Below the pieces are notes generated by a model. It saw only the letters and a program-made list of their open reading frames with translations. It searched no databases and was not told where the DNA came from. Below are positions 52,271 to 64,000 of a stretch of 64,000 nucleotides of DNA, piece by piece. Numbering within the stretch: the first letter of the stretch is position 1; every line of letters begins with the position of its first letter. The DNA is from Octopus bimaculoides (Eukaryota): positions 31,849,953 to 31,913,952 of the forward strand of contig NC_068984.1 in assembly GCF_001194135.2 (NCBI RefSeq), read 5' to 3'. The position numbers and the translations under genes were made by a program.

Positions 52271-53734
52271 CGATGGTGAGAGTAGTGGTCAAGGAGGTGG
52301 TGGTGGGGGTAGTGGTGGTGATGATGCTAGTGATGATCATTTCGATGATGATACAAGGGATGAACAGGAAAAAGGATTATAAATTAGTGAGAATTAATTC
52401 AACAAATTTGTTTGAAAACTACCTATATAATGCTAATTTACAAAATATGATTTTTTATTTATTTATAACTTAATACTGAGTAATTAACATCCTCATGCTA
52501 TTTCTGTTCTTCAAAGAACCATGCTATAAAGCATATAGTTATGCTGTCACTGTTTTTTTTGTGTAATAACATCATACACAACTTAATTATTTTAATATAA
52601 AACAGTTTGTCAACATTTAAAACAGTAAACAATTTGAAGTGTGGAAACTTAATTGTATTATATTAAATTATATGTTTGATATGTTAGTTTTCTTTTGACT
52701 TTCATGAAGAATTAGAATGGAAATAGAGAATTAGAATGAAATGAAATTATAAAATATATAAGTATAATGAAATAGAAATAACTGAGCCAATCAATGGAAT
52801 ATAAAATCTTTTCATTTGTTACTGCTGATACTTAGATCAACAGCAATTTTTCTGAAACTTCTGCAGTATGGATCAAGACATCATTGCATTTAGTTCACTT
52901 CCTTTTGTAACATTTCAAACATGATCCTTGATCAGTAATAAAAAAAAAAATGGTGTCCTGATGATGGAGGACCAACTCTGGACCTAACAATCATTCTGAG
53001 ACCAGTGAGAGTCTCTTGCCTAAGATGTTGTATTCCTAGATATTCCAGCAGCCATTCTCAACAGGAATGTAAAGTGAGGTAATCTAGAAAATAATGCTCC
53101 AACAAGAAATATGAAATTCCACAATGAGACTTGAACACATGATTCATGAATAGGTCATTAGCCAGCTTGCTTACAACATTACAAAAAAAAAAAAATATAT
53201 ATATATATGCAAATGTTCATCACTAATTAGGTGAAGCAATTATATACCCTTCTTTAGAACAAGTTTCAATTAGTAACTATAGATTCTAGTCCAACTACTA
53301 CCCAGAAATCTGCCATTTTTTTATGGTTGTTTAGCACTAATTAAACCCTGATCAAATGCAAGCTAAGTTCAAAAGCATTCCAGCCATGGCCTTTCTATAT
53401 TATTTTCAGACATAGCATAACTAGGATTATATTATCCAATGTAACTTTCCTTCATTTTAAAATAGTCGGTGTAATTAAAGTGACATTAGATTGCTATTAT
53501 TAGTAGCTTGAAACACCACACAGAGACTTCATTGGGCTAACTAGTAGTGCATTGATGAGAATTAGAATAAATTATGATATGTATTTAATATATAGAAAAA
53601 TTTTATATTAAGACAAGACGTTTATGTCTGTTTTGGATAAGATCTGTTGATAAATTTTGTTCAATTGTATAGCACTGGAAAAAATCTCTGTTAATGTACC
53701 AACAATATGTAACATAAAAGGAAAATTTCCCCAT

Positions 53735-54037
53735 AGCACCATTTGAGTGAGGTCGTTGCCAGTGCCACTGGACTGGCTCCTGTGCAGGTGGCACGTAAGA
53801 AACACCATTTTGAGCATAGCCATTGCCAGTACCATGTGACTGGCTCTCATGCCGGTGGCACGTAAAAGCACCCACTACACTCTCAGAGTGGTTAGCGTTA
53901 GGAAGGGCATCCAGCTGTAGAAACTCTGCCAGACCAGATTGGAGCCTGATGCAGCCATCCGGTTCACCAGTCCTCAGTCAAATCGTCCAACCCATGCTAG
54001 CTTGGAAAACGGACGTTAAACAATGATGATGATGATA
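53735..54037 (+). mobile_element. RTE 3'-tail repeat
   Basis: Same family as 39500-39885 and 49990-50475, with (GAT)n tail. Confidence 0.8.
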
Positions 54038-54904
54038 TATGCTATTTTTAGCAAGTTGTATAACTATGTCAAGGTTTTTTTAATTTAGCTCACTGTGTTG
54101 TTGATGCTGCTATTGATAATGCTGTGTTACAGTTCAGCTCTGATCATGAAAACCTATTATCAAAATATGTGGTTTGTGATCTCATCTTTACATATGTCCT
54201 TCACTACATTATTCAGTGTTTTTTTATTTTTTATTTGAGTGTATTTGGTAGCTAATTTTAACAAGGAAGTGATCACTTAAAGGCTTCCTCACTGGTTCAT
54301 ATGATCATAAATGTGGTGGACGTGAAAGAAGTACTTTCCATCCTCAGTGTACTTGCAGTTACAATCATCACCACTCAGCTGGCAAAAAAAAATGAATAGT
54401 ACCTGTATTTAAAAGGGCCAGCCTTGTTACCTTCTTAGTCAAACTGAATCTCCCTGAGAACTATGTTAAGGGTACACATGTCTGTGGAGTGCTCAGCCAC
54501 TTGCATGTTAATTTCACAAGCAGGCTGTTCCATTGATTGGCTCAACTGGAAGCCTTGTCAAACATAACCAAGGGAGTGCCAATTGTTGTACTTGCTGTAG
54601 TTATAGTAATGATTGCAAAAGCAGTTGTTTTACCATTGAGATCTTGGCGATGTTGAGTGTTAGCTGTTATGTTATGCAATAATTGTAATTATAGTGATGA
54701 TTGATACAATAATAGTGTCAATGCTGCTGCTGCTCTTAGTTTTTCAGTCCTCAAATAGGTTCTTGACTGAGAAAACATATAATCAAAAATATTCTATCTG
54801 TTACCATCACACTTGATTTTAAAGATAGAATGACTGGATCTGACTGTTATATCTAGCAAGGTGACTGCCCATGTAGAGGCTTTGTAATCAGATCAGTGTA
54901 GCTG

Positions 54905-55200
54905 AAGATGATAGGAATGATGAAGGTGATGACGACCAGGATAATTATGATGAGGCGCAGGAAGGGGAGGAGGAGGTGTAGACGATGACGATGATGATGA
55001 TGTTGATGATAGCCATGACAGTGATGAGGGTAATGAGAATAATAACACTGACGATGATAGTGATTATGGTTTTAGAGGTACAGATGATAGCAATGATGAT
55101 GATGATGATAGAGATGAAAGCAATTATGATGATAGTTTTGATAACAATGATGATGATGATGATGATGAGAATCATGACAGCGATGGGGATGAGGATCAAG
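54905..55200. repeat. Degenerate (GAT)n low-complexity tract
   Basis: Direct reading. Confidence 0.9.
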
Positions 55201-55425
55201 ATATTGTACTGAAAGAGAAAACTGTTAGCATTAGATGTAGTGGTAGTAACCCTGTCAAGGATGAGTGATTACAGTGGTGACAATAACAGTAGCTTTAAGT
55301 TTGAATCACAAAACAACAGCTTTACAATAACAAGGATAAATACAAAAACAGTGGTCAATAAATACAAAGAAAGAAAAGGAAAAAAAACAACTTTCAAATC
55401 CCTACATAGATACACATACACACAC

Positions 55426-55478
<53 letters not shown>

Positions 55479-57313
55479 NNNNNNNNNNNNNNNNNNNNNN
55501 NNNNNNNNNNNNNNNNNNNNNNNNNNNNNNNNNNNNNNNNNNNNNNNNNNNNNNNNNNNNNNNNNNNNNNNNNNNNNNNNNNNNNNNNNNNNNNNNNNNN
55601 NNNNNNNNNNNNNNNNNNNNNNNNNNNNNNNNNNNNNNNNNNNNNNNNNNNNNNNNNNNNNNNNNNNNNNNNNNNNNNNNNNNNNNNNNNNNNNNNNNNN
55701 NNNNNNNNNNNNNNNNNNNNNNNNNNNNNNNNNNNNNNNNNNNNNNNNNNNNNNNNNNNNNNNNNNNNNNNNNNNNNNNNNNNNNNNNNNNNNNNNNNNN
55801 NNNNNNNNNNNNNNNNNNNNNNNNNNNNNNNNNNNNNNNNNNNNNNNNNNNNNNNNNNNNNNNNNNNNNNNNNNNNNNNNNNNNNNNNNNNNNNNNNNNN
55901 NNNNNNNNNNNNNNNNNNNNAAGAGCTAAATAATTGATACAGGTTTATATTTTCAAAAGACCCAAGATATTTTTAAAGCACAAAATTCTCGACAGAATGA
56001 TTTATGAAGACAAACAGCTATTGAATTGTAAGAACAAAGAGTAAAATAACAAATAGAAGAAACAAAAAGTAACCCTAAACAAACAGTGTTCTGACAGGGA
56101 AAAATATATATATAAACAGCAACAACAATGTTATTCATTGGTAAAATATAATAAAATAGGTTACAAGTAAAAACATAGAACAAACCTGCCAAAAAATACC
56201 AAGTATAAAACAAAAAATTAACAGCCAAAATAAAAGTAGTGATTGAAATAAGCCAAAGAAATATTAGCTAAAATATAAAGAATCAAATAGATTCTATCAA
56301 AGAGGATAACACATTTTGCTGAAGAAGAAACTGGTTGGATAATAGTGTGTCTTTATTTTTCCTTTGGATACGTGAAAGCTTGAACCATCTTAAGTGAATT
56401 GGATTACTGTATAGATTCTTTAGGTATTTAAAAAAAACAAAAAAACAAATACAGAATATCTTCTTGTTCCGAACTCACGAAATAATATCACAACTATTTT
56501 CTTAAAAAAATATTTTTGTGCCAAAGTTATTTTCAAAGTAGTAACACCTTTATGGCTTTGGAAAGAAAAGAAGATTTAAATGCCAACTGGACTGAAAATA
56601 CGTTTGAAATATTAAATTCATACATAAAAAAAAATAATAATATAAAAAAGAAAGGCAAATTCAGCTAGAAAAATAAACCATCATTGACCAAGCAATATGT
56701 CTCTCACTGTGTGGAAATATTAAATATAATGGCTAAGACTGTAAAAGTTGTTTGAATACTTTATATATATATCTTCCTCCTTATCATCGTCATCGTCGTC
56801 GTTATCATCGTCGTCATCTTCATCATCATCTACTTCATTTTAATGTCCACTTTCCCATGGTTGCATGTAACAGACAGAGTTTATTGAGGCAAATTTTTCT
56901 ATGGCAGGATGCCCATCCTATTGCCATCTTGATCTGTTTTCACACAGGATAATATTTCCTCAAGCTGGAAATGTTTTCGTGGATGGTTAAAAATTAATGA
57001 CACTGCTTGTTTACTAGCACATGATGTATAGAAACACAAACAGATACTCACTCACACACACACATACTTACATACGATGAGCTTCTTTCAGTTTCCCTTG
57101 CCCCAGTCTCTTCACAAGCTCTTGCTCAGCCTGGGGCTATCAGAGAAGAAACTTAATACAAGGTACCATGCAGAGAAATGAAATCTGAAACCCTGTAGTT
57201 AGGAAGCAAACTTTTTAATAGTCAGCATGATATATATATAAATATATATATGTATATATATTTGTATATAGATGTGCGTATGTATATATATATCTCTGTG
57301 TATGTGTATGTGT

Positions 57314-57368
<55 letters not shown>

Positions 57369-58245
57369 TGTATAGCAAAGGAGAGAGAGACAGAGAGAGA
57401 CCCATCTGAGTGTCAATATGCAGCTTGTTATCATTTCATATTACTTCACTATCCAGCTATCTTTATAAATTAAATATAAACGTCCAGAAAAATGTATCCA
57501 TCACTCAGTTTCAATGACAAGTAATAGACATGTTATTAATGTCACTGAGAAAAACAGAAATATTTCAAAATTTCATATCTTTCCCCCATCCTTATAAATT
57601 TCAGGCCATGTGTATTAAAATAAATATTTTCACACAGTACTGAATTTGCATTTATACAACAATCAGTTTGCAGTTGATTAACTCTGAAATTTGGTTTCAA
57701 TTCTGGCAAGGCCCCAATATATTTCATATAAATTGGTTATGTGTTTTGAAAAGCCACATATGCTACAACAACTTATTTTCCTTCCCTATGTGGGTAACAA
57801 TCAGTTTCTCAAAGGAATACTAGATTACAGAATCAGCATTGCATACAAATAATATAATTTTCTAAAAATTAGACTAAAAAAACATTTTGAATTTTGAAAA
57901 GATTGTTATGGTAAAGATTCAGAATGAGGAGTTTTAAGGGTTTAGTGAACTCACAAAGTTAAAAAAAGAAATATAAAAGAAGCACGCAACTAAAGAATCT
58001 ATATTTCAATTTTCAGGTACATCTCTTTCAATTAGGTCAAACAGATAGATGCCACACAGTGAAATCAAAACTGGGACATGATGACTTCAAAGGGAACTTC
58101 TTTACTAGCTGATTATATTGTGCCTACTATGCAAAGTAATATACTTGACAAATACATAAATATCACAAGTGTATGTGTGTGTGTGTTTGTGTATACATAC
58201 ATTCATTCACGTGTGTATGTGTATGTGTGTTTTTATGTATGCATG

Positions 58246-58824
58246 TATTAGGTTGTTTCAAAAATAATGGCCGATTTCAGAAACAATTTTATTGTGGAAA
58301 AATTAACAATAGAAATGTTTTGATTAGTCAAATTATGACCTGCTAACATCTATGCATGTCTCCCATCAGTCAACGAGATTATTTATGCCTTGTTGATAAA
58401 AATCTATTGGCTTTGAAAGGTGATTCCACCTCTGGTTTCGACCTGAAATTTTATCACTTACAAACATGTTTAAATGCTTTAAAAAATGGTAGTCAGTGGG
58501 TGAAAGATCAGGAGAATATGGAGGATGAGGTAAAGTCTCATATCCCAAGTCTGTAAGTTTCTGTAGCGTCATTCTTGCACCATATGACTTTGCATTATTG
58601 TGGAGCTGAACTGGGCCACACCGATTCACCAATGCAGGCCTCATTTTTTGCAAGTGAGCATGCATTTTAGTGAGTTGATTGCAGTAAGCTGCTGCTGTAA
58701 TGCTCTGATTGGCTTCCAGAAAGCTGTAAATGACAACACCAATCACAGACCACAGACAGCCACCATAATCTTTTGCTGATGTAACTTTGCCTTTGGAAAA
58801 TGTTTGGCAGACTCATCACGGTCA
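58246..58824 (-). mobile_element. Mariner (Hsmar1/SETMAR-like) 3' half: transposase C-terminus plus TIR, pseudogene
   Basis: DRDESAKHFPKAKLHQQK...; ORF 58366-58746 ITAAAYCNQL...LHNNAK...LPHPPYSPDLSPTDYHFLKHL; TA plus TTAGGTTGTTTCAAAAATAATGG at 58246-58270. Confidence 0.92.
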
Positions 58825-61800
58825 TCAGGAATCTTGCAAAACAAATACATATATATATATATATATAAAATCTTTCTCCGAAATTAGAAAGGCTATCAAA
58901 AGAAGGAATGATGCATGTATGCACTAATGTGTGACTATATGTTTTTACTTCTATACATGAGCACAAATGTTGCTCTTGTACTTACATCTATTTTTCCATA
59001 GAATGTCAAAAAGGAAAAAAAGAACAGTAATCTTGACAGATGCTTTACTGTAGTATCCGATTGTAATTCTAAAAACTGACTCCAAAAAATATTAGTAGTT
59101 TAAAAAATAAGCTATTTTATCATTTAAGAAAATATAATTCAACGTGCCAAGTAAAATCAGAAGACTATAGAGACTTTACTAGAAGTTGAAGGGCTTTATA
59201 AATGACAGAAAATTCAAAACAGTCAGATAAATGCCTTTGTAGCTGCAGAAATAGAAATATCCCAGTATGTTTACAAACATAGAACTGAAAATAGACACTA
59301 CCATGTGACAAATAACGCAAAACAAAACAAAACTTAAGCTTGTATGTGCTAAATATGACACAACAGAAAGGGTGAGACTTACATATCAAGCAGATGAGAA
59401 GAGTGAACTTTCAGAAGTGTAGAAAGAAAGAAATTTTGTCAACAGAAAGATTTATTGGGTTTGCCTTTTTCTGAGAAAAGGTAATTCTTAAGAAACGTTC
59501 CTGTGCTGGTCAGAGATAGATTGCTGTCTCCTGGGTGTCAAGGGAGATTTATTCTGTGAATTAGTAAAGTACCCATTAAATTGCTGTTGATTTACTTCAT
59601 AAAAGGATCGTTACCGTATCCTATCATGACAAAGAAAGAAAGAAAGTGAGAAAAGGAGAGAGGGAGGGAGAGATAAAGAAAGATTTTTGTAAGAACTTTT
59701 AGCACGATGAAAATTTTAGGAGAGTGACAGATTTCTATATTTAACAAGGGTGATTTGGGATGAGAAAATTGTTTGTGTCAAATATGGCTGTTGTCTGGTA
59801 TAGATTGGCTGAAAATATAGCAGGAGGTGCATTTTGTGAAATGTTTAGATAAGTATCAACAATGACAGTAGCTGTAATGTTCGATGACATTCACAATGAT
59901 AGTGATGATGAGAATGACGATTATAATATTGCTGATGATACATACACATACAATTTAATAACTGCGGTTATTGAGCCCCCTACATATTAACTGATGATAT
60001 CATGTGACATTACGTAGGTATAACAACCAATGATTTCAAGGGTAGATTTAAACAATAAATGCAGTCCTTCAGGTGTAAGAACTTGAAAAACTCTACCTCC
60101 TTGTCATGCTTCCTCTGGAGAGCAGCAATATGACTTCTCTAACATTACACAGAGTATCCCTGATAGGGCTCCTCCATGTCAGGAGTTCCAGTTGCGAAGG
60201 CTACCCACATGACAAAAACAGTATCCTTCAACATGAAAATGATCTATTCTGTTGTTGTCACTAAAAATGTTTGTCAATGAACTTCAAACTATTGCGTGTG
60301 TGTGTGTGTGTGTGTGTGTGCACGTGCATGCATGTGCATGTTTTTGTGTGTGCATGTGCATGCATGTGCGTGTTTCTGTGTGTGCGTGTATGTGTGTGTG
60401 AAACTATATATCTTAATTAGCTATTTTATATTCTTTCCAAGGGAGAGCCTTTGCAATAAATGTCCTATACTCTTCTCACTTTCCAATGTAAAATTATTAC
60501 AAAACAACATTTCTTTATGTCATCTTTTAATAATTTTGTTAATTTAATTTTAAAAAACTTATCCTGTATTCATCACAAAACTACACTGAATGATAAATAA
60601 ATTTCCCAATAAAGCTAGCACTAAAAACTTCATAGTTTGCAATTTTTGTTACAGATAAAAATCATATTCTATGTAATGATATAGTTAACTCATGTTCTTG
60701 ACAATATTCTTAATAAATATTGATTTTTGACTCCTTCAGCTACCATTGAATAATATACACAAGAAAATTGAATTATCATTTGAAAAGTGAGTGTGTAATG
60801 TATACTGATAAAATCTATGAAAAGAGAATGTTATTTCTTTTAGTTTAGTTTTGTCTTTAATTGTTATCAATTGTGAAAGGGTAGTTTTGCCTTTAGTGTG
60901 TTAGCATAAACTGGAACATTATTTGAGGTGCATTGAATTACTCTTACTGGGTTTTTCCTCTATGTTATTGACATATTGAGATCTATTGCTTTTGTTGATT
61001 TTGCTTTGTTTTAAAGGAATCCTTCACTAAATTGTAGATAATCCTATGAAATTCAGGAAACATAAAGGTATTTTCCAAAAGTAAAATATAAGAACTTTTC
61101 AGCTACACTTTCAAGGTACCCTCATGTATCATGAAGATCAAGTTACCCACTGTCAATAAAACTGAGGTGAGTAAGCCACCTTGGTTTCCTCTTTCCTACC
61201 AACACATGAGTTTGTGGTCACTTCGGAAACAAGAATACTTACTCCACAACTTCAGATGACTACATACACATGAAAAAACAATCATCAAAACTATGAGTTG
61301 CAGGATGCATGCTTTTGTGTCAACCTTCTATAACTATGAGACCTGTACTCTTTAATTAATTTGGCATGACAGTGTTTTTTCTGAAAAATCATGATCATAA
61401 GGTATCATAATCCTAGACCTGGGCAGTACGTTGGCAGTTCTAGATGTAAGCAGTATTGAAGGCAATGTCTTCAGTCTAGTACCAACCCCTAACAGGGGTA
61501 GGATAATCATATTTCTCTTCAAGTGTTTTAAGAAACTTCCTTTTGTAATCCGAGTGGAATGGAATGGCATTTTAGATACCATGATGGGATTATGGGGTAC
61601 TAGCCATTAGGAATGTAGGATGTAAAAGCTTCAAACATTTCAAACTGATTAACAGCACTGACTGAACTTCCTGAATGTGCTAGTGTAGACATGGTGTACC
61701 TGCATCAGATCATCAAGGTTGTATCCAGACAAGGATTTTGTAAAATAGCCTTAACTTCAACTGGTCAACTAAATGGACCTGAAGTTTACAATCTGAATGC

Positions 61801-62149
61801 TTGAATTATGGAGGCCTAACACATAGAAAACCAGCAACTGAAAAACCAATCAAATGATTTCTGACATCTAAAGTCTGCAGAAACCAGATAAGAATTTTAG
61901 TTAAATAGCAGAAGATGGTTAATCCTCAACAACCAGCGATTGTAAACCCTAAAGAGAGCAATTAGAGTAGAAATGCTAGGTTTTGAAAAGAAGTAGCAGT
62001 ACAGAAAATGTTTAATAGAAAGAGTTAAAAATTAGAAGAGGTAATTAGGAAGTCATCACAACTAGTGGTAAGAATAGATTTTGACCATTTCTTCAATGTG
62101 AAACATGAAGTTAGGTTTGTTGGAGTAGAAATGTTTTCCATTGTATGAA

Positions 62150-62780
62150 GTAAGAAAGACTGCTTTATAGGCTTGAGCTATCACAGCATGATGTAGAAAC
62201 TAAAGCACAATTTAGTCATTGATAGTCTAAGATGGGTGCATGCTACATGACTTCCAGCAGATGTCCATAACTATCCTGCAACACTTTGCTCAATTTTTCT
62301 GGAGGAGTGGAGAGCATGTACTTTACTGAAGTCTAGTGCAAACCTTGATGGTTTAGTACAACTGGTTTGGATGATCTTCCCTATTAGCATTATGCCTAAG
62401 TGTGAGAATTTTTACCCGTTTCTTGACAGATGTTTACCATAACTGGCAGTAAGACAGGAGAAATCCCAGTTGCATGAGTTGGGCAGTGATTACACAGCTA
62501 AGAAAGCAAGCAAACAAGTCTGATATAAACGATAATTTCTGGCTCATAACTCTGAATGATGATACAGAATTCAAGATTTTGGTTATGATGTTAAGGGAAA
62601 GATTATCACATTTCCCAACAACTTGTGTGTAGTTGGGAAAGCAGAGACATACACACTCCTGACCTACTATATCCATTAAACCCTTCACCTCATACAATAT
62701 ATCAAAAGCATAGGTAGTAAAACTGGGACCCTAATCAACTAGGATGAATCACTACTTGATGGCTATCTTCAAGAGGAACA
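62150..62780 (-). mobile_element. Highly decayed CR1/Jockey-like RT remnant
   Basis: Weak match to the QGS.LGP.LF..Y / ADDTQ motif order. Confidence 0.3.
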
Positions 62781-62931
62781 GTTTCAGTTCCGTTTTCAGT
62801 GACTGGATTTTGAGTACTCAACAGATAAAGAAGTGTCAGTCTAGGCCCTGATACTCTTTACCTTTGAACTATGAAATTTGATATAATTCTATTACAAAAT
62901 AAAGTATGAGTGAATATAACAAAATATATAA

Positions 62932-63146
62932 ACGAGGGGTTGCTGAAAAGTTCCTGGCTTTAAGGGTATCCTAAATGGCATAGTCGGAGACCCAATCTTC
63001 TGAGTTCTTTTACAGGGGTTAGAAAAGTTGAAGGACTGCTGCAATAAGTGTGTGAATCTAAAAGGGGAATATGTTTAATAAAATCATAACTGATCCTTCT
63101 GTATTTTCTTTTATCCAAAGTCAGGAATTTTTCAGCACCCCCTCAT
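62932..63146 (+). mobile_element. Non-autonomous mariner deletion derivative (MITE), ~215 bp
   Basis: TIRs ACGAGGGGTTGCTGAAAAGTTCCTGGCTTT and AAAGTCAGGAATTTTTCAGCACCCCCTCAT; the interior keeps the transposase end GLEKLKDCCNKCVNLKGEYV*. Confidence 0.85.
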
Positions 63147-64000
63147 TCATGTGTGTTTTGAATGGCTATAAGGACACTACTGTGATGTAATTATTTTATT
63201 TCCAGATCGAAATAAAAATTTTGGACATATTTTTTATCAGCAAACACCTCAATGTCTTTGAAATTCTTATTTGGTATAAGAAATCAATACAAATCAGTAT
63301 AACAATTTTTTAAGGTTTTAAAGGAATAGTCTAAGGTTTCACTTTCATTTCTCCATCAAGCTGCTTGCAGAATTATAGACACATCATTGAAACTAGGTCA
63401 CAGTAGTAGAGAGATCCTTACCATTTCCTTTGTATCATTGTAAAATGCTATTCTAAGTCTAAACAATTGAAAACCCTCCACAAATATATGAATTCAAAAT
63501 AAAAAAAATTTAAAAATCATGAAATATTTCTAGAAAATATCTCAATGTCTTTATTCTGTTATTTAGCAAGATAAAAATAATTATAGTAGCATTGCTTTGG
63601 ATTATATAAGTGAATCTTCTAAGGTATTGCTTTCATTGTTCCAACTAGCTATGCAGAGAATTAGAGAGAAAAATAAAGCTTTAGAGAAATAAAACTGAAG
63701 TGAAAAAAAAATAAACGGATATAATATTCATCAAGTTAATAAAATAAGCTGAATTATGATAATAACAATAATAATAATAATAACAACAATGAAATAAATT
63801 GGAACAATGAAAATTCATATTTCCCTCATGACAGTCCATTTTCTTTAATTACACAATTAAATAGAAACAAGGACAATAAAAATGCATCAGGGAATTTTTT
63901 TTTTTTTTATCTTGAAAGGTTTAAAAAAGAAAAATACAATACAACATAAAGATTACTAAATATAAATGAAAAAATAAAATACAAATCAAAAGTTAAACCG

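Noticed and set aside
52270-52350. GGT/GAT-rich and other low-complexity ORFs (poly-H/T, I/Y, V/C, M/I)
   Set aside because: Translations of simple repeats.
52955-53015. CTGATGA hits that might be hammerheads (also ~2205, 18167, 27980, 47305)
   Set aside because: No properly placed stem II plus GAAA and NUH triplet.

Overview
AT-rich, microsatellite-dense eukaryotic DNA with seven N gaps. The SINE and LINE-tail families look like those of octopus or a related coleoid cephalopod; this is my recognition, not a database hit. I could not identify any host protein-coding gene. The recognisable coding sequence is decayed transposon: RTE, CR1/L2 and R4/Dong-type LINEs, Penelope-like elements, gypsy pol, Hsmar1-like and maT-like Tc1/mariner, and a hAT end. 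Main observations: (1) two copies of a minimal type I hammerhead ribozyme with a palindromic loop III in Penelope-type terminal repeats (75-122 and 24459-24507, minus strand), plus two vestigial motifs; (2) complementary halves of one mariner family 39 kb apart in opposite orientation, which one inversion would explain; (3) two long isolated hairpins (13866-13989, 31766-31892); (4) a decayed PHD-finger-spaced module inside an RTE reverse transcriptase. Most element boundaries are approximate, read by eye.
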